Below are positions 10,173 to 19,455 of a stretch of DNA of 64,000 nucleotides, one piece after another. The notes below the pieces were generated by a model. The model ran no database searches. It worked only from the letters and a program-made list of their open reading frames with translations, and was not told the origin of the DNA. A program made the position numbers and the translations under genes. Source of the DNA: an uncultured Gammaproteobacteria bacterium (GTDB lineage Bacteria; Pseudomonadota; Gammaproteobacteria; CAMYKB01); NCBI GenBank assembly GCA_947258875.1, contig CAMYKB010000011.1, positions 9,053 through 73,052 on the forward strand, in the 5' to 3' direction. Positions within the stretch are counted from its first letter, which is position 1. The number at the start of each line of letters is the position of its first letter.

Positions 10173-10586
10173 AACTAAACTCCAAACTCGAATACACTTC
10201 ACCTGCGGGCACGAGCACCGAAAAATGCAAGTGCTGCTGGTGGCTGACCATCCAGACAGGCGACATAATACTTTATTTTGAAGCGCAATGAGCGCGCCAT
10301 TTTAGGTCTTAGCGGATACGGGCTGTCTGAAGTGTTATACTGCATAAAATTATTGTTAACTCCAGAAGAAGCAGGTCGCCAGTTGCTGACTTATTCAGCT
10401 GGAAACCGTCTACCGATGCGTGCGAATAAGATCCCACGCATGCTTTTGCCGGCGCACAAATCAACGCGGCCCGCAGCTTTGTGGGTCAGCATTGCAACCC
10501 GGGGCAAACTCAGGTTTTCTGGATCAACAGTAGCCAGTCCTGGCTGCCGCCGGGATTGTACATGCCGACAAAGGAGACTGAATTTC

Positions 10587-10865
10587 ATGTCATCTGCCAA
10601 GAATAGCCCAGCAGCAGGCGCTCAGTATGCAGTCATCAGTATCGGCAAGACGGAGCCACCCGAAGGCGCCGAGGGCAGCAACTGGTATCGTTATGTCATT
10701 GAACGGGGCACATCCACAATCGTCGGCAACCGTTCCGGCACACTCAGCCAGGTAACTCGTCACGTCAATGACTTTGTTGAAGCGCTTAACTCGCGTAACG
10801 GTGCCCTTGGCGTATCAACATGGCTGCCCCGGCAGAAGAAACAACCAAGTGAAGCAGCGACATAG
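10587..10865 (+). CDS. hypothetical protein (93 aa)
   Basis: ATG preceded by a GGAG Shine-Dalgarno. The ORF table's 195-aa version has no support for its upstream part. Confidence 0.4.
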   Translation: MSSAKNSPAAGAQYAVISIGKTEPPEGAEGSNWYRYVIERGTSTIVGNRSGTLSQVTRHVNDFVEALNSRNGALGVSTWLPRQKKQPSEAAT

Positions 10866-10874
10866 ACCGGGGCT

Positions 10875-11198
10875 TTGGCTATGAATTGGTATGTTTACAT
10901 TATTAAGGCAAGTGACGGCAGCTACTATACCGGCGTCACCACGAACGTCGAAAGGCGTTTCAAAGAACACATAAACGGGCCGCGGGGAGCTAAGTACTTC
11001 AATGGCAGGGTACCCCTTCACGTCGTGTATATCGAGGCAGGTCACAGCCGCAGCAGTGCCTGCAAACGCGAAGCCATGATAAAAAAATTACCCCGACAAC
11101 AGAAGCTGACACTTATCAATGCATACCGCAAACCCCCTACGGAAAGCAGGCAGACAAAATCTGACACAACATCAAATGAGCTCACACTCAATGGATGA
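10875..11198 (+). CDS. GIY-YIG nuclease family protein (YhbQ/UPF0213-like)
   Basis: WYVYIIKASDGSYYTGVTTNVERRFKEH is the GIY-YIG motif. Confidence 0.8.
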   Translation: MAMNWYVYIIKASDGSYYTGVTTNVERRFKEHINGPRGAKYFNGRVPLHVVYIEAGHSRSSACKREAMIKKLPRQQKLTLINAYRKPPTESRQTKSDTTSNELTLNG

Positions 11199-11394
11199 TC
11201 GCCTGGTAGAACTTGAGAGTCGGCTGGCGTTCCAGGACCACACAATCCAGGAACTGAATGACGTTATAACGCAACAACAACAGCAACTGGACTTACTCAG
11301 GGTTGAAGTTGAGCGTCTCAAGCAACAGATTAAGGAAATAGACCTTTTACAAACCGCTCCTGCCAGCGAGGAGGCACTACCGCCGCATTACTAA
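11191..11394 (+). CDS. slyX: SlyX family protein
   Basis: MDDRLVELESRLAFQDHTIQELN... coiled coil of ~67 aa typical of SlyX. Overlaps the GIY-YIG gene by 8 nt. Confidence 0.75.
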   Translation: MDDRLVELESRLAFQDHTIQELNDVITQQQQQLDLLRVEVERLKQQIKEIDLLQTAPASEEALPPHY

Positions 11395-11426
11395 TCCAGC
11401 CATAATACTGACATTCATCAACAGCG

Positions 11427-11873
11427 TTGCAACCAGCCTATCCTCCTAACGTGTTAATTATATCCCGTAATATAAGCATACCTGACAGCGATATCGCTAT
11501 CAGCGCCATGCGCTCACAGGGTGCTGGTGGGCAGAATGTCAACAAAGTTTCCAGTGCTATACACCTGCGCTTCGATATTCAGACTTCGTCTTTGCCTGAT
11601 TTCTATAAACATCGCCTCATGAAATTGAATGACAATCGTATCACCCGCGATGGAGTCATCGTGATCAAGGCGCAAAATCACCGCACCCAGGAAAAAAATC
11701 GTGAGGAAGCATTGAACCGCCTGAAAATGCTGATCAAAAGTGTCACCCACACCCGCAAGACACGCATTCCCACCAAGCTTGGGCCAACGAAGAAGAAAAA
11801 ACGTCTTGACCAGAAAAGCAAGCACGGTAAAACCAAGCTATTAAGACGCAGAGTCGGACCTAACGACGTCTAA
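11427..11873 (+). CDS. arfB: alternative ribosome-rescue factor ArfB (peptidyl-tRNA hydrolase, YaeJ)
   Basis: GGQ motif (RSQGAGGQNVNKVSSAIHLRFD) and a basic C-terminal tail. A GTG start at ~11448 is possible. Confidence 0.85.
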   Translation: MQPAYPPNVLIISRNISIPDSDIAISAMRSQGAGGQNVNKVSSAIHLRFDIQTSSLPDFYKHRLMKLNDNRITRDGVIVIKAQNHRTQEKNREEALNRLKMLIKSVTHTRKTRIPTKLGPTKKKKRLDQKSKHGKTKLLRRRVGPNDV

Positions 11874-11884
11874 GAAGGATAGCA

Positions 11885-12304
11885 ATGAACCTAGATTCAC
11901 AACTCGAACAGGACTGTATCATCATTGCGCGTTTCAACCTGTGCCATATACTGCTAATGAACGACACCAATTACCCCTGGTTTATACTTGTACCTGAGCG
12001 TGACAATATCCAGGAGATTCATCAGCTACGTACTGCAGACCAGGTTCAACTCATTCATGAATCTTCACGGATTGCAAAAACGCTGACCGCTGCCTTCAAT
12101 GCCGACAAACTCAATATCGCCGCACTCGGCAATGTCGTGCCACAGCTGCATATACATCATGTTGTACGCTATCAGAGCGACCCCACATGGCCCGAGCCAG
12201 TTTGGGGCAAACTCCCGGCGCGGCCTTATTCAGAGCCGCAACTGTCAACAGTTATAGCCAAATTCAAGTCCTACCTTAGCAAGGATATTGAGTACTTTGT
12301 ATGA
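11885..12304 (+). CDS. HIT family hydrolase
   Basis: Histidine triad PQLHIHHVVR. Confidence 0.75.
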   Translation: MNLDSQLEQDCIIIARFNLCHILLMNDTNYPWFILVPERDNIQEIHQLRTADQVQLIHESSRIAKTLTAAFNADKLNIAALGNVVPQLHIHHVVRYQSDPTWPEPVWGKLPARPYSEPQLSTVIAKFKSYLSKDIEYFV

Positions 12305-12426
12305 AACGGGAATCGGTGACAGCGTATTCACTACCACACTGACTATATCATCCACCGCAATACGGAAGTCTGCGGCAACATTTCGCCGCTATAATATATA
12401 TCAATTACTACTGTGATAGCCTCACG

Positions 12427-13080
12427 ATGAACAAACGAAACCTGTGTATCAGCATCATTTTTATATACGCTACATTAAGCGATGCCGCAGAAATCGAGCG
12501 TATCGAAATAGGCAACTTCTCCCGCGGAGACCTGAGTAATTGGCAACAGAAAACATTCAAAAACGTCACTCAGTACAAAACTGCACGTGTCGGCGATGTT
12601 TCTGTCCTGCATGCAGAAAGCCATGACAGCGCATCCGGACTATACAAAAAACATCGCGTTGATTTACACAAATACCCTTATCTTAACTGGCGTTGGCGCA
12701 TTGAAAACACCCTGCAAGCCACTGATGAAAAATCAAAAACCGGCGATGATTACGCCGCCAGAATCTATGTAGTAACCAGCGGTGGACTGCTCCCCTGGAA
12801 AGCCAGAGCCATTAGCTATGTATGGGCCAACTCATCTTTAAAAGGGGATGTCTGGCCTAACGCCTTTGCTGGAAAAAAAGCAATGATGGTGGCGTTGCGC
12901 TCTGCAGAGGATGGAGTGTCAACATGGTATGATGAGAAACGAAATGTTCACCAAGATCTCAAATTACTTTTTGGAAAGGATATCCGCTACATCAACGTTA
13001 CCGCTTTAATGACCGATACTGATAACAGCCATGGGCATGCACGCGCTTATTATGGTGATATTTATTTCAGTTCCGAGTGA
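12427..13080 (+). CDS. DUF3047 domain-containing protein (secreted)
   Basis: Signal peptide and a conserved LNWRWRIEN...YAARIYVV pattern typical of DUF3047. Confidence 0.65.
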   Translation: MNKRNLCISIIFIYATLSDAAEIERIEIGNFSRGDLSNWQQKTFKNVTQYKTARVGDVSVLHAESHDSASGLYKKHRVDLHKYPYLNWRWRIENTLQATDEKSKTGDDYAARIYVVTSGGLLPWKARAISYVWANSSLKGDVWPNAFAGKKAMMVALRSAEDGVSTWYDEKRNVHQDLKLLFGKDIRYINVTALMTDTDNSHGHARAYYGDIYFSSE

Positions 13081-13126
13081 AATTTCAACTGCTTCTTGAC
13101 ATAACCACTTCCTGGGTACTACTAGT

Positions 13127-13792
13127 ATGGATTTTTCCGGCGACCTGATTGATACTCCATGGCTCTGGATAGGCTACGCACTTTATGCATTGATAATGAG
13201 CTACGCCATCAAGTCCGCCCCCTGGCACAAGCTGCGTGACCCGGCTGCATTGAATATCTGGATCGCCGCGATCTTCATGGTGATTTTATTCTGGGCAATG
13301 CGCGTCAATTTCGACACCGATATCCACCTGCACTTTCTTGGCGCCATGCTGCTGACACTCATGTTCGGCTGGCATTTCGCGATTCTTGCGCTCACCCTGG
13401 TTACATTTGTCATCACCCTGCTAGGCAATGCCAGCTGGTCGGCCTTAGGCATCAATATGCTGCTGTTCGGAGTAATCCCGGTCTCTATCGGATATTTAAT
13501 TTTCCTGGTCGTGGAGTGGAAATTGCCGAAAAATTATTTCATTTATCTTTTTATCACGGCATTCGGCGGCGCCATCATCAGCATCAGTCTGGTTGCGATA
13601 ATAACGGCCTGGTTTCTGTTAGTCTCCAGTGAAGTCACGTGGATGAAACTCACTAATGGCTACCTCCAGTACTTCCTGCTATTGGCCTATCCCGAAGGAT
13701 TCATCACTGGCATGTTAATCAGTATATTCGTCATGTTCCGCCCACGTTGGGTGTATACCTTTCGTGATGAGAAATACCTGGTGAATAAGTAA
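13127..13792 (+). CDS. polytopic membrane protein, function unknown (possibly ECF-transporter substrate component-like)
   Basis: About 6 predicted TM helices. Its stop overlaps the start of the following DksA/TraR gene. Confidence 0.45.
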   Translation: MDFSGDLIDTPWLWIGYALYALIMSYAIKSAPWHKLRDPAALNIWIAAIFMVILFWAMRVNFDTDIHLHFLGAMLLTLMFGWHFAILALTLVTFVITLLGNASWSALGINMLLFGVIPVSIGYLIFLVVEWKLPKNYFIYLFITAFGGAIISISLVAIITAWFLLVSSEVTWMKLTNGYLQYFLLLAYPEGFITGMLISIFVMFRPRWVYTFRDEKYLVNK

Positions 13793-14140
13793 ATGCTGGA
13801 CGGCGAACAAGTCACAAAACTAAAGCAACATCTATTGCAGCAACAGCAGCTATTACTGGGGATTAGAGAAACAGGCGAACAGGCCGCCGATACCGTCAAA
13901 CTGGATCAAACTACAGTAGGACGCCTCTCCAGAATGGACGCCTTGCAGGGACAAGCTATATCACTTGAGACGCAACGCCGCAGAGAAATTGAGCTACTGC
14001 AGATTGCATCAGCCTTGCAACGGATCGCTGATGACAGCTATGGTTGCTGCTTGCGCTGCGGCGAAGAAATTGAACTAAAGCGCCTAGAATATAATCCAGC
14101 GACGCCATTATGTATTGCCTGCGCCAGCGCTGCTGAATAA
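13793..14140 (+). CDS. DksA/TraR family C4-type zinc-finger protein
   Basis: CLRCGEEI...CIAC four-cysteine zinc finger at the C-terminus, preceded by a coiled coil. Confidence 0.8.
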   Translation: MLDGEQVTKLKQHLLQQQQLLLGIRETGEQAADTVKLDQTTVGRLSRMDALQGQAISLETQRRREIELLQIASALQRIADDSYGCCLRCGEEIELKRLEYNPATPLCIACASAAE

Positions 14141-14239
14141 GATAAGCTAGCCGGCTACCAGACTCACACAAAATTGCCGCTGACGTAAATCATATACTGA
14201 TTATGCATGCAAGAAAGTTATCGAAATAAGGAGTTTTCA

Positions 14240-15124
14240 ATGAAACGGTTGTTAAGCATTGCCCTGCTACTATTCGCCATGCCCGCTTGGAGCATGCATG
14301 AGTCCTGGGTGAAAACTGAATATCCGCAGGACAAGGAAAAAAAGTGGTGGAACGATGACTGGTGGGAAAAGGGACAACTCCCAACACCAGTCAACCACGA
14401 AGTCGAAATAACTGAGACGGTTTATAAAAACGGTGACACGGAGATACCCGCGTTATTGTTCCGCCCTAAAAGCCCGGGGAAATACCCAGGCATTCTGTTT
14501 CAACATGGCCGTCGCGGCATTGATGACCTTACCCGACTGCACCCGCTGCGCCTGGCTGCACGCGGTTTCGTAGTATTGGCACCCGATGTCTGGAGCGGGC
14601 GCTTTATTGAGAAATTTCCTATCGAATACGATTATGCGGTCGAGGCCGATGTTGCTGCCGGCATTGACTTTCTACTGACACAACCGGGGCTGTCCGCCGA
14701 CAAGATCTGCACTGTGTCACACACACGTGGCGGTTATATGACACTCAAGGCATTGGTCACCGAACGCCGCCAAAAGGACAAGGTGGCGTGCTATGTCTCT
14801 TACTACCCGCATTGGCAGGATCCGAATGCAGCGGAGGCCATGCAAGTCTATCGTTATGCCAACGAGGTTAATGAGCTAGAAGTGCCTGTACTGATATTCT
14901 TTGGCGAACACGAACAATACCAACGTTATCGCCCAATCATGCAAGGCATTGAGGCGCTACAGAACAAAGGCCGTGACGCTGAAGTGATTATCTATCCGGG
15001 GGTCGGCAGGGGCTTCGATTTCCGCCCACCACATGTACGCAGCTTCGCCGATGATCTTGCCGCCAAAGATGCCATGCAACGTACCGCGAACTTCGTTCGC
15101 AAACATCTTAGCGGCAAGCAATAA
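14240..15124 (+). CDS. secreted dienelactone hydrolase family (alpha/beta hydrolase) protein
   Basis: AAGGAG Shine-Dalgarno then ATG at 14240. Signal peptide. The nucleophile motif SHTRGG and the overall layout match dienelactone hydrolases. Confidence 0.7.
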   Translation: MKRLLSIALLLFAMPAWSMHESWVKTEYPQDKEKKWWNDDWWEKGQLPTPVNHEVEITETVYKNGDTEIPALLFRPKSPGKYPGILFQHGRRGIDDLTRLHPLRLAARGFVVLAPDVWSGRFIEKFPIEYDYAVEADVAAGIDFLLTQPGLSADKICTVSHTRGGYMTLKALVTERRQKDKVACYVSYYPHWQDPNAAEAMQVYRYANEVNELEVPVLIFFGEHEQYQRYRPIMQGIEALQNKGRDAEVIIYPGVGRGFDFRPPHVRSFADDLAAKDAMQRTANFVRKHLSGKQ

Positions 15125-15149
15125 CCGGTAGTAATACGCGTAACCAGTA

Positions 15150-15653
15150 TTAGCGTTTCAACTCCGCAATAACCTGGTCGGAAATATCCCGACCGGGTAG
15201 GATATAGGCCGTAACGCTGCTCTCTATCACTGCCTCATAGCCGTTTGCCTGTGCAACCTTGGCTACGGCGGCCTTGATAGAGGCCATGAGCTTATTGCGT
15301 TCCTCAAGCTGGCGACGACGATTATCTTCTGACAATGCCTGGCCTTTGGTTTTGTATTCCGTATCCAGGGTCTGAATTCTGCTCCTCAGGTCAGTACGCT
15401 CCTGGGAGCTCATCACATCACCATCGCGCTTGTCTTTTTCCAACAATCCCTTGATCTCGGTTTCTATTCTTTTCAAATCTTCGAAGCGGCCACCGAATTC
15501 ACTCTTCAACGCATTCTCGATCTGCTGCTTCTGGGGGATTGAGTCAACAATACGATTGACATCGATCATGGCCGTACCAGCTGCCGATGCGACCGACACC
15601 GAAAACAGCAAAACCAGCGCCATAAGAGTCTTAGTAAACAGGCTTACATACAT
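15150..15653 (-). CDS. OmpH/Skp family periplasmic chaperone
   Basis: Signal peptide followed by a long charged coiled coil rich in Q/K/E, as in Skp. Internal Met at 15653 taken as the start. Confidence 0.7.
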   Translation of the reverse strand: MYVSLFTKTLMALVLLFSVSVASAAGTAMIDVNRIVDSIPQKQQIENALKSEFGGRFEDLKRIETEIKGLLEKDKRDGDVMSSQERTDLRSRIQTLDTEYKTKGQALSEDNRRRQLEERNKLMASIKAAVAKVAQANGYEAVIESSVTAYILPGRDISDQVIAELKR

Positions 15654-15951
15654 GGTATTTCTCTCCAGATTTTTTGAAAACTGTCGGCGCCAACCCTGTA
15701 CCGACTTCCGAAATTGTGGCGCCACGATACACCAACAACGTTCAGGGTGGTAGCGGATGACACTTTTTTACAATTTGTAACGGGGTTTCTTGCCCAAAAT
15801 AGCCGGAATCCCGAATCACATGGTAGAGGATTCACACGCCGACGTGTACAGTGGACATCACATTTTACCCAAAATTCCAGCAAGCCATGATTAATTTATG
15901 CCCGTGTGTCAGCACCCGGGTACAGCGATCAATAACAATGAAGGAGTCGGA

Positions 15952-16347
15952 TCCATGTTTACACCTATCACCATCCCCTTTGGCTGTGTCATGCTATTCA
16001 ACGTCGTTAAACTCAAAGACGGTGTCAAAATTGAAGATGTCGAACTCGCGCTGGGCGAGATGTGCAACGTGGTCAAAAATACCTATGGGGACGACAACGG
16101 CGGCTTTATCGGTGGGCAGGTCTACAAATATACCGGCTTTATCTCCGAGCAGGGCTCATTCGATGCCACCAAAATGAGTGAAGATCACATTGTCATTGCT
16201 ACCTACTGGCAGTCTTTCGAGCAGCATGAAAAGTCTCATGCCGACCACGTGTTCAAGGAGAAGTTTGATGCACTCCAGGAATACTGTACCGAAACCTATG
16301 AAATTGGCTACGAAATGCTGTGGCAAGGTGTACCTGAAGACGAATAA
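15952..16347 (+). CDS. ABM/Dabb-like small protein (antibiotic biosynthesis monooxygenase-like fold), hypothetical
   Basis: 131 aa. The HIVIATYWQSFEQHEKSHADHVF segment resembles ABM-domain proteins. Confidence 0.4.
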   Translation, partial: SMFTPITIPFGCVMLFNVVKLKDGVKIEDVELALGEMCNVVKNTYGDDNGGFIGGQVYKYTGFISEQGSFDATKMSEDHIVIATYWQSFEQHEKSHADHVFKEKFDALQEYCTETYEIGYEMLWQGVPEDE

Positions 16348-16467
16348 TTCACTCAAACAGCAGCCTGCTTATAATTGTTATCCATAAGCGGGTTGTCAGC
16401 AGCAAGGCCAGTACAGCCGATGTTACAATACTCATATCGATGACATCACCAGGGAGTTCGATGAAGC

Positions 16468-17012
16468 ATGCCCAGTCAAACACGTACGCTTTGTTCCTGC
16501 CGCTTAGGTCTGGTTACTATTGCTGCACTGCTGCTCCTGCAGGCCTGCGCTGGCACAGGTTCCACTCTCATTGATTCAAATCCGCCTGGCGCAACGATTC
16601 TGGCACTCTCATTGATTCAAATCCGCCTGGCGCAACGATTCTGGCAGATGGAAAACCTGTCGGGCAAACACCTAAACAGATCAACAATGATGAAGTGTTT
16701 CCACCACGCTGGTATGGAACCAGTTATATGGTGAAGGGGATACTCACGCTCCAGAAACAAGGTTGCAAATCCTACGAGATGGATGTCTCTGACCAAATAT
16801 TAATGAATGACATCAAGGCCGATCTTGAATGTGACCCGGAAGCGGCTCAAGCAGCCGAAACACGGCCACAAACCACTACCGCCAAACAAGCAGAGATTAT
16901 CGACGCGACTACTGAACAACGCCTGAACGAGTTAAAGACACTCTATGACAAGGGCTTGATTAGCGACAAGGAATATAACGCACAGCGTACACGCATACTT
17001 AACGAGCTATAG
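16468..17012 (+). pseudogene. PEGA-domain lipoprotein with C-terminal SHOCT domain, frameshifted by a 41-bp tandem duplication
   Basis: Lipoprotein signal (LLLLQAC), PEGA motif (IDSNPPGATILADGKPVGQTP) and SHOCT motif (LKTLYDKGLISDKEYNAQRTRIL). The N-terminal part (ORF 16468..16734) and the C-terminal part (ORF 16695..17012) sit in different frames. Deleting one 41-bp copy fuses them into a 167-codon ORF. Confidence 0.8.
16564..16645. repeat. perfect 41-bp direct tandem duplication (2 copies)
   Basis: actctcattgattcaaatccgcctggcgcaacgattctggc at 16564–16604 and again at 16605–16645. 41 is not a multiple of 3. Confidence 0.95.
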
Positions 17013-17041
17013 CATCAAGACACACACAAGCACGGAATACG

Positions 17042-18637
17042 TCACGTTTTTAATGTTTCAAAGAGTGACTTCCCCATCTGCACATGTTTTTTTGCTGTGC
17101 GTCGGTCGAGCGCGGCACGACGCGCAACCTCTTCATAGGTGCCGTACTGCTCATAGAGCATACAACAATAGCCTGAGAGAATTTCTTCAGCGGTGAGCTG
17201 CCCGTTTTGAGTCCGCTCCAGCCAGCTACTGGCGGCATCCTGCATGTTTGACACACCAAAATATTGACCACTTATAATAATACGTCGAACAGCCTGCTCC
17301 AATTCACGCACATTCCCCGGCCATGGGTAAGCAACCTGTAAATTATCATGCAAACCATCAAGCACACGCTCCACCAGCTCAGGTTCGTGATGACCCGTTA
17401 AGCGCTTCACCAGCAACACAACCAGTTGCTCAAGCTCACTCGTGGACTCTTTCAACCGCACCCGTAACGACGGAACTTCGATAACGTCGGACGATAAGCG
17501 ATAATAGAAATCATCCCTGAACTGGCCTTGCTCACGCAATACGGCAAGCGGTTGGTTGGTCGCGGCGATGACCCGTCCCGCGAAACGCAAAGGCTGATGA
17601 CTGCCCACCGGTGTAAAGCGACGCTCCTGCAATACATTAAGCAGTTTTATCTGCGTCGGCACTGACACATCACCGATCTCATCCAGAAACAGTGATCCAT
17701 GTGGATTACAACGCTCAAACAATCCCTTGTGATGATCAATCGCGCCCGTGAAAGCTCCCTTGCGATGGCCGAATAGCTCCGATTCTATCAAGCTCTCGGG
17801 GAATTCAGAAAGATTAATGGCGATAAAGGTTTCTGTGAAGCTGAATTTAAATCGTTTCGTCCCGGGGTCGAAAGGAATGAGACCAGAACGACCGATGGCC
17901 GCAGCTGCTGAGCCCTTGCCTGTACCCGTTTCGCCCAGCAACAAGGTGGAGAAATCCTCCATCCGATCCCATAAATGTGCGGCATAGAAACGCACGTCCG
18001 ATGTGAATACATTGTTCCATAACGCGTGTCGCAAACTTTTCATTGATGGACTATCCCCCACCAACGAATGCGCGATGAAAAAGTAAGCGCGGCGGAACTG
18101 ATAAAACAATTCCAGGTAACGCAACGCCTCCTGCTCACCAAATCCTGCCGCATCAAGTTGTGCCAACAGTTCTCGCGCGAACGGAACCTCAACTGACTGA
18201 TCGCCCTGTTCGATTTGTGCTTGAATCAACGCATCGAAATTCTCGATGAAGCGGTTATATATCCGGAACAGGAAGGCATATTCCAGGACGCTGCGGTCAT
18301 TACCCCCAAGCGACTGGATACGGTCTATCCCATGCTCGGCGAGCTTTGCCAGGCGTCGTTCAAGCACGGGCAGAATCACACTATAGTGGTGCTCGCCTGA
18401 TTGCCGGGCAGATTTGCTGGCTCCGTCCAGCATCGCCTCCATCTGTGCACGCTGGGTACTAAAGGGATTACTAAAAATAAGGTCAGCAAGCAAACCAAAA
18501 AATTTACGGTCTTCCGCCTTCAGTCGCTGAGCTTTTGGCATGGTCGTATTAGTTTTCCGGTGGCCACTATATGCATATTGAGTATGCATTAATTGCATAC
18601 CATTTCCCAGTAGCGACTTCATGCTCGAATCATCCAT
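17042..18637 (-). CDS. sigma-54-dependent transcriptional activator (bEBP) with an N-terminal domain of unknown function and no receiver domain
   Basis: AAA+ Walker A (GETGTGKG), GAFTGA motif (GHRKGAFTGA) and a C-terminal HTH. The first ~230 aa match no domain I recognise. The start could be the internal Met at ~18541. Confidence 0.85.
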   Translation of the reverse strand: MDDSSMKSLLGNGMQLMHTQYAYSGHRKTNTTMPKAQRLKAEDRKFFGLLADLIFSNPFSTQRAQMEAMLDGASKSARQSGEHHYSVILPVLERRLAKLAEHGIDRIQSLGGNDRSVLEYAFLFRIYNRFIENFDALIQAQIEQGDQSVEVPFARELLAQLDAAGFGEQEALRYLELFYQFRRAYFFIAHSLVGDSPSMKSLRHALWNNVFTSDVRFYAAHLWDRMEDFSTLLLGETGTGKGSAAAAIGRSGLIPFDPGTKRFKFSFTETFIAINLSEFPESLIESELFGHRKGAFTGAIDHHKGLFERCNPHGSLFLDEIGDVSVPTQIKLLNVLQERRFTPVGSHQPLRFAGRVIAATNQPLAVLREQGQFRDDFYYRLSSDVIEVPSLRVRLKESTSELEQLVVLLVKRLTGHHEPELVERVLDGLHDNLQVAYPWPGNVRELEQAVRRIIISGQYFGVSNMQDAASSWLERTQNGQLTAEEILSGYCCMLYEQYGTYEEVARRAALDRRTAKKHVQMGKSLFETLKT

Positions 18638-18676
18638 CTATAGAAATTCCAAAGCAGTTAATATCATTGCAACCAT

Positions 18677-19405
18677 TCATAACTTGGTGTTTTTATGTAC
18701 ATCCCGATATAAGAGCATATCCACCAGGCGCTGTTCTTTTCCATCATCAAACCCACAAACACCATTCCACTCACGGGGATTCTCATAGGTCCCAAACAAC
18801 ATATCCCACCACACGATATCTCCGTAGTTATTTTTGTGCCGATTATGCTGGTGATGTATGCGATGCATTTCAGGTCGTTGGAAAAAGAATCCGACCCAAC
18901 GTGGTGTGCGTACATTGGTGTGATAAAAGAATTCACCCAGGGCTGTGCACGCCGTATAGTAAACACCCGCCTCTAGCGAGAATCCAAATATGCTATAGAC
19001 CAGCAGGGAACCGATGATCGAGTTCACAACCATTTCGCCGGGATGCTTATAGAATGACGTAATTACTTCCAGGCGTTGCGGGCTGTGATGAATCTGATGA
19101 AATGCCAGCCACAAAAAATCATACTCATGACGCCAGCGGTGCCACCAATAAAAAACAAAGGTGGCAACAATATAGGCGAGCATCCCGCCCACCACTGGAT
19201 TCACGTGATCGGATAATGAAAATACTGATCGAGGGGAGAGCCAGGCCTCCCAACTTACGCCTGCCAGGAGAGCGACACAGAGTTGCACCGCATTTATTAA
19301 CAACACCCTGAATGGCCATGTCCTGACCCTGGGGATCTTCCATCCTGGAACGAATTGTTCCAGGATGAAGCAACCCACAAATATTATTAATATGACGATC
19401 AACAT
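18677..19405 (-). CDS. fatty acid hydroxylase / sterol desaturase superfamily membrane enzyme
   Basis: Three histidine boxes (HRWRH, HQIHH, HRIHHQH) in a polytopic membrane protein. Confidence 0.8.
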   Translation of the reverse strand: MLIVILIIFVGCFILEQFVPGWKIPRVRTWPFRVLLINAVQLCVALLAGVSWEAWLSPRSVFSLSDHVNPVVGGMLAYIVATFVFYWWHRWRHEYDFLWLAFHQIHHSPQRLEVITSFYKHPGEMVVNSIIGSLLVYSIFGFSLEAGVYYTACTALGEFFYHTNVRTPRWVGFFFQRPEMHRIHHQHNRHKNNYGDIVWWDMLFGTYENPREWNGVCGFDDGKEQRLVDMLLYRDVHKNTKL

Positions 19406-19455
19406 TTACGCCCTCTCCCAACAGGAATCAGGATCGCCACGCATGCAGCAATCGC

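Noticed and set aside
10278-10865. 195-aa version of the small ORF
   Set aside because: Its upstream two-thirds has no ribosome-binding site and an implausible composition. The internal ATG at 10587 with GGAG is the likely start.
16564-16645. Tandem repeat as a possible CRISPR or minisatellite array
   Set aside because: It has only two copies, no spacers, and lies inside a coding region. I interpret it as a single duplication event and report it as such.
18571-19017. 148-aa plus-strand ORF overlapping the desaturase gene
   Set aside because: It lies entirely antisense to a gene with three canonical histidine boxes. It is His-rich only because it mirrors that gene.
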